64,000 nucleotides of DNA, from positions 8,308,001 to 8,372,000 of the forward strand of contig NC_135253.1 in assembly GCF_964204865.1 (NCBI RefSeq), in the 5' to 3' direction. The first letter of the stretch is position 1. Each line of letters opens with the position of its first letter. The translations under genes and the position numbers were made by a program. Origin of the DNA: Styela clava. Lineage: Eukaryota. Of the stretch, positions 42,859 through 56,050 are shown one piece after another. The notes below the pieces were generated by a model. That model made no database searches. It worked only from the letters and a program-made list of their open reading frames with translations, and had not been told where the DNA came from.

Positions 42859-43384
42859 TACGTATTTTATACTGGTTTGTCTAGTTATGCAAACTGAATA
42901 AGCCTCTATGAAATATTCAAAAACCTACAGTCATATAATATCGCTATATCTTCCTTCAATTAAACCAATATATTTTACTAAATATTTCTAATCAGTAATC
43001 CCATAAATAGATAATAGTAGGTCACTTATTTATATGGTGACTATCATGGACTGAACGCCAAGAGGTTTGCAGTCAGTTTGTTTACTTTCGCCTTGTTGAC
43101 TTAATTAACTTCTTGACTGAATTACTGACTTTATGGTCAGTAATTTAGTCAAACAAAATGATACAAAGACGTGATAGTGACATTAGAAAAAACACAGCAA
43201 CGTATGAATTTTATTAGCATAGCTTCTTGTGTATTTCAACGTTTAAATCAAGTTGTGCATTAATATGCAATAGCCATAAGCACAATGTGCACATTTTTCA
43301 GTCACAAGTAATGCCATAACTTAGCGTATGATTGTCAAGCCACTCGATCTTTCGCTGTCCCTGAAAACAAATATATGTAGCCTC

Positions 43385-43617
43385 GGTACTCCCAAAGTAT
43401 GTGAACCAAGATGGCGGACACGGGAATGTAGTATGTGTACCGGGTTAGGCCATAATCTCAGGTGCAAATACTACGGGAGTCACTTGGCTAGTCCCCGAAC
43501 TCGGACTAGAACTAAAATAAGGAAAATTGGAATACAATAATGGCATAACTCTAACATGGTACACACGGTACTACGTTCCGATTTCCACAATCTTGGTTCA
43601 CATACTTCGGGGGTACC
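43385..43617. mobile_element. Merlin-like MITE, long subfamily
   Basis: GGTACTCCC...GGGGTACC ends; flanks gtagcctc/gtagcttc. Confidence 0.75.
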
Positions 43618-43641
43618 GTAGCTTCTCTATAGGCCATGTTA

Positions 43642-43937
43642 TCACTTATCGATTTTAATCGGTAAGTATGTTGACAGGTATTTTTCTGTCTGTATGTCTG
43701 TTGGATGCACGCGATATCTAACGAAAGCGAGATTGAATCTGCTCCATATTTTGCATGTGCATTCATCTTATCCCGGGTCAGAAGCCTATTGATTTTGGGC
43801 GAATTATGTCGTATAATTAGCGAGTTATTAATTAATTAGTAATGGAACACAAGGTGTCACTATGAAGTAAGAGCGCTGTTTTGGGATCCCCTAACTTTCG
43901 ATCGATAAGTCTTCGGTCTCTGACCAATATTCTCGTT
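43642..43937 (+). mobile_element. DINE-1/HINE-like element
   Basis: Full architecture as 26099-26398; duplicate at ~53892-54191. Confidence 0.65.
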
Positions 43938-44733
43938 TGACCGTTGTTGTTTTTTAAGGGATCTATGTCTTCGCTGATTTCTATAATTTTGTTTTTTCGT
44001 TGGTACCGGATCGGTGACTGCAATATCACTTCCCGACAATGTAGTGTCCTTGGGAGTCTGCTACTAATTTTAAAATTTCGACTGTTAATACCGGTACCCA
44101 AAATACAAAATTATTATTGTTATACAATTTTTAGAATCTGAATAAAAGTTCACATTGTTTCGCTACAGTTTGTAGGGAATCTCAAGTATAGCCCGTGTTT
44201 GTCAACGTAATAATATAAAATAATGATTTTATAACTATTGAAAACAGTATACACATGCTGTATTTGTCTTTAATGGTAAATGGAATTTCCTACTACCTGT
44301 AGCCCATGGGTCACCAACCCTTATAAAACCGACAGCTACTTCCTGGCTATCGCTTAATCTAAGAGCTACCAGTTGGATACACCCTTCTGAAAAGCCAATT
44401 TACGCTATCAAGCCCTAACTATTACTATAAATGGTATTTAGCCATGTGGAGACAATTATATTTTTAAGAATTTTCATGAAATTGTCAACAATTATAAGAA
44501 CATAAGAAATTAATCAATATCAATAACACTTATACTTTCAGATTGAGTGTTTTTGAAGAATTCAAATGATCACCTCTAGGCCTATATTAACAACCCAGGC
44601 CCTAGAAATTACATTGTACCAGCATTTTTAGCAAACACTCTGAGGATGGTAAAAGATATTGGTGAGAGTCCGTGTCTATAGTAAAAATTTCATTTTCCAA
44701 TTCGTTATCTCTTATATATATATATATGAACTT

Positions 44734-45674
44734 TTATGTCCAAAACGCAATGTTTTCCGGTGAATAATCGGATGTAAATTTAATGATGGGATGTATCGAG
44801 TTTGCATGGGTTATAAAATCTCTGAGCTCGGTTTCGCCGTGTGTCCATATCAAGAAGCAGTCGTCAATAAATCTAGAGTAGTAGAGTGGTTTGAACTCGG
44901 CTGTTTCTAACATGTCTGATTCTAAATTTGCCATGAAAGTGTTAGCGTATTCAGGTGCCATTTTGGTTCCCATTGCTGTTCCGTTGATTTGGAGGTAATG
45001 TTTGTCGTTGAATACAAAACTGTTGTTGTTCAGAACCATGTTTACTGCTTCTTTAATCCATGGGATTTCGCGTTTGTCAATGCTGTGCTTTATAAGATAC
45101 TTTTCTACTGCTGAGATACCATCTATATGTGGAATATTTGTGTATAAGGAGGTCACATGCACATCCATGTTTACTAGGAAGGATCCTGGGGAACAGTGCC
45201 GATTTTTTTCAAATTATCAAGGAAGTCCATGCTGTCTCTGGCATACAACGGTATTACCTCTTAACACATTAGGTCGGTGTATAACTTGTGATCGATATAT
45301 GCCGAAAGTTTTTCAGTTGCGGTTTCATTTGCTGATATGATTGGGCGACTGGGATGAGAAAGAATGCATGTACCCCCATCTTCATCAGCAGGTACGATCA
45401 CAATATCTCGTGATGCTCTTTGTTCGAGCTCTTTCAAAGCCTGTACTTCGTCTTGTTTTAGATCTGAAAATGTGCGTCTTTTTGATGCTCCTTTGTGTTA
45501 GTTTCTCGTTTCAGGGTGTTGGGAAAGTGGTCCAGACCTGAATTTCGTTCGGAGGGTGGTGTCCATTTGCTTGGAATTTGTAACGACTTTGGGTATGTTC
45601 GAGCCAATTCGCTTGTGCTTTCTGTAGATGGAAAATCAAAAAAGTATTCTCTTAGGCGGTAGTTGCGAATTGTT
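44734..45674 (-). mobile_element. Penelope-like element reverse transcriptase fragment, cut by the duplication breakpoint
   Basis: DVTSLYTNIP, YLQINGTAMGTKMAPEYANTFM, YYSRFIDDCFLIW, HANSIHPIIKFT; frameshifted; no GIY-YIG part. Confidence 0.85.
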
Positions 45675-45936
45675 CTCCACATTATTGTTGCTCCACATTA
45701 TTGTTAAGAAAACAGTTTTAATATCGGTAACTATTACGTATTTGTTCGCGCTCGACTATCGCAATTTTCGGAAATGATGATAATGTTAAGCGGAAACAAC
45801 ATGTGTTTAAATATAGACGAAATTATTAAGCCCCCCTCGCCTGCTTTAAGATTGTGTCTCTCTCATAGAGTTAGGAGTATGTCTCCCTCACATTCATCCA
45901 CAAATTGCAGCAGTAGTAAAGAAGCACCAGGCATAA

Positions 45937-46591
45937 CTTCGACCGTATTTTGCCATCCCTAACCTGCCACGCTTCGACCGTATTTCGGCATCCCTAATCT
46001 GCCACCACGCTTCGACCGCATTTTGCCATCCCTAATCTGCCACGCTTCGACCGTATTTCGCCATCCCTAATCTGCCACCACGCTTCGACCGCATTTTGCC
46101 ATCCCTAATCTGCCACCACGCTTCGACCGCATTTTGTCATCCCTAATCTGCCACGCTCCGACCGCATTTTGCCATCCCTAATCTGCCACGCTTCGACCCC
46201 ATTTCGCCATCCCATTTTGACACTCATCGACTGTGTTTTCCCAGCCCGAATTTGACAGGTACTAATCCATTTCATCAGCCCCAAATCTAAACAATTTGGC
46301 CATATTTCTTTGTAATTTTGAGGCAATTGTTTATTGTTATCTGTATACTAAACAGCGCATTATGACAGTCGATTTGGCAAAAACTGACAGCCATCGACCG
46401 CATTTTGCCATCCCTAATCTGCCACCACGCTTCGAACGCATTTTGCCATCCCTAATCTGCCACCATTCGACCGTATTTCGCCATCCCTAATCTGCCACGC
46501 TTCGACCGCATTTTGCCATCCCCAATTTGGCTTTTCGTCCCTATTTCGCCATCCCTAATCTGCCACCTTTCGACCGTATTTCGCCATCCCC
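45937..46591. repeat. Bipartite minisatellite with 34/37-bp units
   Basis: Unit CTTCGACCG(C/T)ATTT(T/C)GCCATCCCTAATCTGCCAC(CAC)G; about 8 copies at 45937-46213 and about 6 at 46393-46591, separated by ~180 bp of unique sequence. Confidence 0.9.
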
Positions 46592-46656
46592 AATATGACT
46601 TTTATGCTATCAACCCTCCTCAAAAAATGTCGCCCGCCATGTTCTTTTGTGGTTTC

Positions 46657-46701
46657 GGAAAACGCCATAGCCGACCGTCAGTAACCTCTTTGGCGGTCGG
46701 C
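46657..46701 (+). other. Putative -1 programmed ribosomal frameshift signal (gag-pol)
   Basis: G_GAA_AAC heptamer, 6-nt spacer, then an 11-bp stem GCCGACCGTCA / TGGCGGTCGGC with a 10-nt loop. The gag stop lies within the hairpin and the -1 frame is open. Confidence 0.7.
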
Positions 46702-48329
46702 GATTCAAACCTTAGCCAATGTTTCACGGGCAATTATCGGGGGAGATTTTTTGCGCTCTCACAGACTTTTGGTTGACATCAGGGGCAAACGACTTATCGA
46801 GGCAAGCACATACGCTTGTATTCCAACCAGAACGATTACTGGCACCCCGCCTTGCCTTCACTACGTAGCCGAAAACGATTTTGCCAAAATTCTGAACGAA
46901 TTTCCTGATTTAACGCGCCCCACATTCAGCAACCCGACCACTGCACACGGAGTAAAGCATCATATTGTTACAGAAGCCCCCCCCCCTCCCCCGGTGCACG
47001 CAAAGACTCGAAGATTGCACCCCGATAAGCTAGCCGCGGCAAAGGCAGAGTTTGATAACATGATTGAATCATCCGCCCCTCAAATAGCCCCTGGGCGTCT
47101 GCGCTTCACATCGTACCTAAACAGGACGGCGGGGGGCGCCCATGTGGAGACTACAGACGTCTCAATGATATGACCGTGCCTGACCGCTACCCAGTCCCAA
47201 ACATACAAGATTTTACGGCCCGTCTTGCGGGAAGGACAATTTTCTTTAAAGTGGATCTTGTTCGCGGTTATCATCAAATACCTATTCATGAACAAGATAT
47301 CCCCAAAACTGCCATTATCACACCATTTGGCCTATTTGAATTTCTCCGCATGCCGTTTGGGCTTAAAAACGCCGCCCAGGTATTCCAGCGTTTAATGGAT
47401 ACCATCTGTCGAGGTTTGCCTTTCGTATTTGTCTATCTTGACGACATCCTTATCGCCAGTACGTCTAAAGATCAACACAAAAAGGACTTGCGGAATCTTT
47501 TCCAAAGGCTAAAAAGCCACGGTATGGTTATCAATCCTGCCACATTTCTTCTGACCGAGGATCACAGTTCATTTCAGGCCTTTGGTCTGCCGTTGCCGAA
47601 TTATTGGGAACAAAAATTCATCACACTACAGCCTACCACCCACAGGCAAAAGGTTTGGTAGAACGTTTTCATCGAACAATGAAATCTGCCATCAAGGCAC
47701 GACTCAATGATTCAAACTGGTTGGACGTGCTTCCATGGGTTTTATTGGGAATCCGCACAGCTCCGAAAGAAGATCTTACGGCATCGTCAGCTGAGCTTGT
47801 TTATGGCGCTCCCCTCACTGTCCCCGGTGATTTCATATCAGACTCTAAAGACAATAGCTGCCCGACCACAAATCTTCGGCTTCTCAGAGAAAGAGTAGGA
47901 TCATTGGCTCCACTTCCTACGTCGCACCATGGTCCTTTCAGAGCAAGAATGCCAGCCGCACTCAATCAAGCCAAGTTCGTGTTTATTCGTCGTGACGCAC
48001 ACCGATCTCCTTTACGAAGACCTTATGAAGGACCATTCGAAGTTTTGCAACATGGGACTAAAACTTTCAAAGTACAGATTGGAAACCGAAGCGAAACTAT
48101 TTCTGTTGACAGGTTAAAGCCAGCTCATCTTGATCTCGACCATCCTGTTTCTGTATTCATTCCTAAACCAAGAGGACGTCCTCCAATCCCTAAAACAACA
48201 ACGAACAATCAGCGTTCTACAGACGATCGTTCATCCGAACCTACAACCGGTTATGATTACAGAACCAAATTTGGTAGAAAAACTCGTAAACCCACTAGAT
48301 TTTTATAACTCATTCCGTCTGGGGGGTAG

Positions 48330-48530
48330 TGTGACGAACCACTTAACTAATAGCCGTTATGAGTCACAATTGTTTTGTTTATGTTTTTGTCACGCATGAT
48401 TACTTACGTGCTTTTCTTACGATAACTTGTCATTCTGTTCGCTTGTCGTTAACATTGCTTTGTTATGGATTAAACATCAACATAATTGAAAGTCTTTTTC
48501 TTGATAGAAAGAAGTTAGTTCGCTTCAACA
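48330..48530 (+). repeat. 3' LTR (~200 bp) of the Gypsy element
   Basis: Starts TGT directly after the PPT and ends ACA exactly where homology with unit A (38179) resumes. Confidence 0.8.
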
Positions 48531-49071
48531 TGTTAATAAATTTAGGGTGTGTTGTATTTACATGAATAAAATTCCCTTTATCTGATCTTCTTTGTATATT
48601 ACAGCAGAATGGCTTTATGGATAGAAAATTTTCATGATTTGTGATAGTTGTGCCGCGAATATTTAAAGTTCTCAATAGTGTGTCGCGATATAAAAAAGGT
48701 TGGGAACCACTGCCATATGCATTGAAACTGAAGCAAACAAAACATGAGGAGTATGCAGATGATGTGGCTTAATTCAATGGCAATTTCAATGTGATTGGAA
48801 AGGCGTTTTATTGTCTTTATAAAGTCAGTCTGGAGAACTTACTTCATTTTATTTTATTCATTAAATAATCGATTGATTTATTCATTCACAATGACCTCAA
48901 CGGAACTAAATTCGGTTTTACATTCACTATCTTCTTCCAAAAACCTCGTATCATATTCAAATTTTCATTTATTTCTTAATAAATTAAAGTACTGTATTAC
49001 TTTCTCTTTCTATCATAGACAAGAATTTTGTATTAGGAATCTTTTAGCTGTTTGATACATTGAGAAGCTGC

Positions 49072-52000
49072 TCATTTTAGGTCTTCAGCATATTTATCCC
49101 ATAATTTATTAAATCCTGGATATTTTTTACCACTTTGTTCCATCTTTTCATCCACTCTCTCGCTCTGTGATTTTGTTAATAAATTTTTCCAATCACCTAT
49201 GACACCTTTACGCAAGAAAGGTAATTCAGCCGGCCTTGGGGCATGCTTAAAAATAAAAGCATGCTGATAAGTTTCATACAAAGTTGATTAATCAACATGT
49301 GATTTTTTAATACAGAAGCAAAATGCCGATATGCGCTCTCGATAAGCAGGGGTGGTTGTTGTCGTTACACCAACTCTCAATATTACCATTAATAGGTATC
49401 TCGTATGTTTGCTTAATGAATGTTTTCTTTAGGGCATACCACACTGAACATATTTATCTAGTAGTAGGGTTTACATAGGATTGGCAAAGACCGATTTTCT
49501 TCGGTGTTGCTGTAAGAATATACCGTATATATTATGCAGTAATAATGAAAATATAGATCTTTATGATAAGCTTACGTAATCTCTCTGTGACATATTCTTG
49601 AAACTGGTGAAGTTGACCACTGCATCCAAAAGTTCATTTCCATTTTTCGTGACCTTATCAGCCCATTCGTCTCCCAGAAACTGCGCAATTCTTAAAAATT
49701 CCCTTTGAAAAAAAATCGTCCGTTGTCATCTTCTAAAATTAATAATAAATAGTAAAGGAGAGTTTGCCGAGTCAAGAAGAGATAAAATACATTAGATTAG
49801 GTTATATAGACCCCCGAGGGTGGAAATGTTCCTGTGAATGGATGGGATTTCAATTCCGGTAGTGTCTCAATCATATAGTGAACCACGGCTAGGGATGTAA
49901 ATTTCAGTATTTCGAATCGAAGCGGTTTGAATCAACATCAATTCGAAGCGATTTGAGAAAAAACGGCTTGATTATATTTAAAAAAAATATTAAATTAGAT
50001 AACACGAGGCGGATTGCACGACGCAGCAGCGTTGTCTTATCATCGAACAAAAACGTTTATTTTCCCCACGCTTACAGCGTTCCCAAGTCGTAACACTCCG
50101 GGGGTTGTTATATTTGATATGGGTCACCGCCTCAGAGGAACCAATGGTTTCGTTAAATTGTTTTTAGACTATTCAAAATGTTAAAAAGTTTTACAAATTT
50201 GCTATTATATGAACATGTCTTTAATTTACTTAAGTAATATAATGTCATTATAACAACAATATTCCTCATTAAAAGATAGGTCTGCGATGCTTCCCTCGTT
50301 ATCATTTTCTTTCTTCAAAACCACGGCGCAAGTAGTACTATCCCATATTTCACTGACGTTTATCATTTGGGTGAATTTTAGAAGAAACCATCACTATACA
50401 TCCGGTATTGTTTGCGAACATAAATTAATGTAGTAAGTAAATATAACTGAGTGTAACTCTATATAGCAATAATACATATTCGATTCGAAAATAAAATATT
50501 CGAAATTTACATCCCTAACCACGGCCTTTCGTCCGGTCAAGTTAAACAATTCAATTGTTTCAATTTCCAGGATATTACACGCTTTATAAATATATATACT
50601 GCCATTTCATTTTGCCTATCCGTAATTGCACGCAGAAATTCTGCACGGCCCGCCGATTGCATGATAAGTTGATTTCAGACTTCGACACGTAAGAGCGATT
50701 GCCGACTCTGGGCAAGTGTGACACAACATTTTTTAGAGACTCATTTATCGAGAAATGCGATCACATACACGATGCTTCAAACGTTGAGTTGACGCACTGG
50801 TTCTTGTTAATTATGTTTAGTCCGTGTTGTGTCTATTTATTTGCCCCGGTTTTGAAGTCATATATATGTATCGATTGGAATATAAAGTAACGCTATTATA
50901 TAGTGTTTGGAGGGACATATCGCATGCTATATACATATACAGTATGCACAGAAAGCAACGTACTGATCTCTACAACATACCCATGAGGATCGTACTTCAG
51001 ATCTTCGTATAATACGTACAAAACATTTGACTTTTCTTTACTCATGACCCACCACTTTGTTGAAAAATCAAAAAAATCCCCGGAATCAACTTTCCCACTG
51101 ATCAGTAGTTCAAAGAAATCATCAAATTTCCCATCCTCGTAGTGGTATAAGTGCGTAAACCCGACAGTGTGATAGAAGAATGAAGCGAAGCAATCTTTGG
51201 GATTTCGAGCTAAACGCAGAAATTAAAAAATGTGTTGAAATTAAACTGAAACATAATATAACTCAGATAATACCCCATTTCTCTTGCGCGTTGCACTGAT
51301 TTCATAGTTCAACACGACGAGCAATGAGTATGATGTATTTATCGTCTCTGTTTTCTAAGTTGATACCTCCCAGCATCGAGGTGTATGAAATGGATCTTTT
51401 GTACAAAGCCCCCGCCACCAATGCAAACATATGGGAGATTTGAGAAAAACACCCTACCTAACCCTAACTGTTTTATTAATAACTTTCTTATTACTTATCG
51501 ATCTCGATCGGTAAGTATGTTGATAGGTATTTGTCTGTTTGACACTTTCGTATTTTACGCGATATCTCACAAAAGCGAGGTTGAAACTGCTCCAATTGAT
51601 TTTGGATGAATTATGTCGTATAATTAGCGAGTTAATAATTAATTACTGATGGGACACGCGGTGTCGCTATTGTGTCAGTGCGAAGGAATCGAAATTGCAG
51701 TTTCTGTTTTGGGGATCCCCTAACTTTCGTCGCTGCGAACGATTATGTGCGTAACAATGCCCTGTCTGCGATGTGGAGCATTTCTCGAACATGCGGAAGA
51801 TCGATAAGTCGGCGGTCCCCGATCGCTATCTAGTTTTGAGCGTTGGCGGGGTTGTTTTTTGGTAGGGGGTTGTACCAAAGATACTATCAAATAGATAGGT
51901 AACTCTCTGGCACTGAAAAAGTCAAAATAGTCTCTTCTGGGAGTTTTTTTTTCATAAAATTGCGTACTAGTATAGCAATCAAAGTCCAGAGCAGGCTATA

Positions 52001-53113
52001 TGTGGCCATATAAAGGAGATCAGAGACGATTGTCACAATATTTTTATATTACATCCTTACACTAGCTGGACGTTGTACGTCGTTAGTTGCCAAGTGGATA
52101 GTACAACAGCGAGAATTACTCGATAATAAAACGATAATTATGTCTCTCCCAGGATTTTAACATTATGAGAATTTTTTAAGAATTGTATGGTTTTGATCAA
52201 TAAATCTATATCCCAGGGATTTGAACAGTGCTATCGATTCCGTTATCTTTATGAATTTAAGTTTAGAATACTAATTAACATCAGGATTTCATCGATTAAA
52301 TTATTTTTTAGTTACCGTCTGTTGTCTAAATAAAAATGAGAATTTTTATGAATGTCATTTTTAAACTTGGAGAATTCAGCATAATTCTGAGATTTAAAAA
52401 TATTCGTTTAAATTAATAATCGTTCTCTATACTGATACGGTAAAAGGGAATTTTGACACCAACGTTCTTAAGAAACTCCTATACAGTACAGTATATGCTA
52501 TATCTATACGAACGGCCACTCGTAAGCAAGAAGCTACAGTATTTTAGGAGGAACTGGTGTATTAAGTTTCGCATTTTGACATAATTGTCCCTGACTAGAG
52601 AAGTATAATATAAAAGTAATAACAAATTGTCATTTAAAAATTTAAATTGTAAAAAATATGGAGTTTTATTTTCCATACAAAACTTGCTTTCAAGTATAAC
52701 AATAGCTAAATTCAGAACTACTACTTGTGCCTTTACTTACCTACACATATATATTTTGATTGTGGATTCCATGGTGTCATATCAAACAAAAGATGTGTTT
52801 TTATCATTCGTGGGAGGTCTTCCACATTTTCAACGGCATCTATACCATCTAATTCAAGGTGAGGAAACATGATGTCCAGCTTTTCATTTTTTGCTAAGGG
52901 TCGTCCATATTTCATTCCCAGGAGTGCATTCTGAACCCATGTTGTTCCACATTTTGGATATGTACAAAGAAAAATATCTCCAGGCCTAGCTTGGTAGGAT
53001 ATTGCAGCGTCGAAACCTTCTTGCGTTGTTACTGACGGAATAGCGTACAGTCCGTCCACAGAGGGGTGAGACACATATGTGTAAACTGGCATACTGCGAA
53101 CACGACGCTCCAT
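49072..53113 (-). CDS. Cytosolic sulfotransferase, array copy 3
   Basis: Near-identical to copy 2 with intact motifs and splice sites. Confidence 0.9.
49890..50517. mobile_element. hAT MITE (duplicate of 39545-40185)
   Basis: TAGGGATG...CATCCCTA ends, TSD accacggc. Confidence 0.85.
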
Positions 53114-53639
53114 TACGTATTTTATACTGATTTGTCTAGTAAGGCAAACTGAATAAGCCTCTATGAAATATTCAAAAACCTACAGTCATATAATATCGCT
53201 ATATCTTCCTTCAATTAAACCAATATATTTTACTAAATATTTCTAATCAGTAATCCCATAAATAGATAATAGTAGGTCACTTATTTATATGGTGACTATC
53301 ATGGACTGAACGCCAAGAGGTTTGCAGTCAGTTTGTTTACTTTCGCCTTGTTGACTTAATTAACTTCTTGACTGAATTACTGACTTTATGCTCAGTAATT
53401 TAGTCAAACAAAATGATACAAAGACGTGATAGTGACATTAGAAAAAACACAGCAACGTATGAATTTTATTAGCATAGCTTCTTGTGTATTTCAACGTTCA
53501 AATCAAGTTGTGCATTAATATGCAATAGCCATAAGCACAATGTGCACATTTTTCAGTCACAAGTAATGCCATAACTTAGCGTATGATTGTCAAGCCACTC
53601 GATCTTTCGCTGTCCCTGAAAACAAATATATGTAGCCTC

Positions 53640-53868
53640 GGTACTCCCAAAGTATGTGAACCAAGATGGCGGACACGGGAATGTAGTATGTGTACTTAGG
53701 CCATAATCTCAGGTGCAAATACTACGGGAGTCACTTGGCTAGTCCCCGAACTCGGACTAGAACTAAAATAAGGAAAATTGGAATACAATAATGGCATAAC
53801 TCTAACATGGTACACACGGTACTACGTTCCGGTTTCCACAATTTTGGTTCACATACTTCGGGGGTACC
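53640..53868. mobile_element. Merlin-like MITE (duplicate of 43385-43617)
   Basis: Perfect 8-bp TSD gtagcctc. Confidence 0.78.
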
Positions 53869-54981
53869 GTAGCCTCTCTATAGGCCATGTTATTACTTAT
53901 CGATTTTAATCGGTAAGTATGTTGACAGGTATTTTTCTGTCTGTATGTCTGTTAGATGCACGCGATATCTCACGAAAGCGAGATTGAATCTGCTCCATAT
54001 TTTGCATGTGCATTCATCTTATCCCGGGTCCGAAGCCTATTGATTTTGGGCGAATTATGTCGTATAATTAGCGAGTTATTAATTAATTAGTGATGGAACA
54101 CAAGGTGTCACTATGGAGTAAGAGCGCTGTTTTGGGGGATCCCCTAACTTTCGATCGATAAGTCTTCGGTCTCTGACCAATATTCTCGTTTGACCGTTGT
54201 TGTTTTTTAAGTGATCTATGTCCTCGCTGATTTCTATAATTTTGTTTTTTCGTTGGTACCGGATCGGTGACTGCAATATCACTTCCCGACAATGTAGTGT
54301 CATTGGGAGTCTGCTACTAATTTTAAAATTTCGTCTGTTAATACCGGTACCCAAAATACAAAATTATTATTGTTATACAATTTTTAGAATCTGAATAAAA
54401 GTTCACATTGTTTCGCTACAGTTTGTAGGGAATCTCAAGTATAGCCCGTGTTTGTCAACGTAATAATATAAAATAATGATAACTATTGAAAACAGTATAC
54501 ACATGCTGTATTTGTCTTTAATGGTAAATGGAATTTCCTACTACCTGTAGCCCATGGGTCACCAACCCTTATAAAACCGACAGCTACTTCCTGGCTATCG
54601 CTTAATCTAAGAGCTACCAGTTGGATACACCCTTCTGAAAAGCCAATTTAAGCGATCAAGCCCTAACTATTACTATAAATGGTATTTAGCCATGTGGAGA
54701 CAATTATATTTTTAAGAATTTTCATGAAATTATCAACAATTATAAGAACATAAGAAATTAATCAATATCAATAACACTTATACTTTCAGATTGAGTGTTT
54801 TTGAAGAATTCAAATGATCACCTCTAGGCCTATATTAACAACCCAGGCCCTAGAAATTACATTGTACCAGCATTTTTAGCAAACACTCTGAGGATGGTAG
54901 AAGATATTGGTGAGAGTCCGTTTCTATAGTAAAAATTTCAGTTTCCAATTCGTTGTCTCTTATATATATATATATGAACTT

Positions 54982-56050
54982 TTATGTCCAAAACGCAATG
55001 TTTTCCGGTGAATAATCGGATGTAAATTTAATGATGGGATGTATCGAGTTTGCATGGGTTACAAAATCTCTGAGCTCGGTTTCGCCGTGTGTCCATATCA
55101 AGAAGCAGTCGTCAATAAATCTAGAGTAGTAGAGTGGTTTGAACTCGGCTGTTTCTAACATGTCTGATTCTAAATTTGCCATGAAAATGTTAGCGTATTT
55201 AGGTGCCATTTTGGTTCCCATTGCTGTTCCGTTGATTTGGAGGTAATGTTTGTCGTTGTTGTTCAGTACCATGTTTACTGCTTCTTTAATCCATGGGATT
55301 TCGCGTTTGTCAATGCTGTGCTTCATAAGATACTTTTCTACTGCTGAGATACCATCTATATGTGGAATATTTGTGTATAAGGAGGTCACATCCATGTTTA
55401 CTAGAAAGGATCCTGGGGAACAGTGCCGTTTTTTTTTAAATTATCAAGAAAGTCCATGCTGTCTCTGACATACAACGGTATTACTTCTTAACACATTAGG
55501 TCGGTATATAACTTGTGATCGATATATGCCGAAAGTTTTTCAGTTGCGGTTCCATTTGCTGATATGATTGGGCGACTGAGATGAGAGAGAATAAATGTAC
55601 CCCCATCTTCATCAGCAGGTACGATCATAATATCTCGTGCTGCTCTTTGTTCGAGCTCTTTCAAAGCCTGTACTTCATCTTGTTTTAGATTTGAAAATGT
55701 GCGTCTTTTTGATGCTCCTTTGTGTTAGTTTCTCGTTTCAAGGTGTTGGGAAAGTGGTCCAGATCTGAATTTCGTTCGGAGGGTGGTGTCCATTTGCTTG
55801 GAATTTGTAACGACTTTGGGTATGTTCGAGCCAATTCGCTTGTGCTTTCTGTAGATGGAAAATCAAAAAAGTATTCTCTTAGGCGGTAGTTGCGAATTGT
55901 TTTATCAATATCAGCTTGTAATTGGAAGTTATCAAGTCTTTCGGGAGTGGGACTGAAGCCTAGGCCTTTTGCTAACACTTTAGTTCGTGGCTCGGTTAGC
56001 GAGATATTAGACAGATGTCGCGATTTACTCTCTTTAATATTAATCAAGAA
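54982..56050 (-). mobile_element. Penelope-like element fragment (N-terminal region plus RT)
   Basis: LSNISLT..VLAKGLGFSPTP..LQADIDKTIRNYRLREYFF N-terminal pattern plus the RT motifs seen at 44734. Confidence 0.85.

Larger units (their letters stand above)
37898..45674. repeat. Tandem segmental duplication, unit A (~7.8 kb)
   Basis: Near-identical and colinear with 45691-55901 apart from the Gypsy/minisatellite insertion and small indels. Confidence 0.9.
46620..48530 (+). mobile_element. Internally deleted Ty3/Gypsy (CsRn1-like) LTR retrotransposon, 3' portion
   Basis: Gag end KKCRPPCSF, protease tail IIGGDFL, RT ([35 protein letters not shown]), integrase C-half ([20 protein letters not shown]-type module PYEGPF), and PPT GGGGGGTAG followed by an LTR. 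Confidence 0.92.
45691..55901. repeat. Tandem segmental duplication, unit B (includes a 2.6-kb insertion)
   Basis: 45691-45937 matches 37898-38133, and 48531-55901 matches 38179-45674. Confidence 0.9.

Noticed and set aside
45937-46591. CRISPR-like array of ~35-bp repeats
   Set aside because: The units are head-to-tail with no unique spacers, no cas genes are present, and the context is eukaryotic. It is a minisatellite.
46105-46776. Repeat-protein ORFs across the minisatellite
   Set aside because: Unit lengths of 34 and 37 bp are not multiples of three, so the ORFs are incidental.
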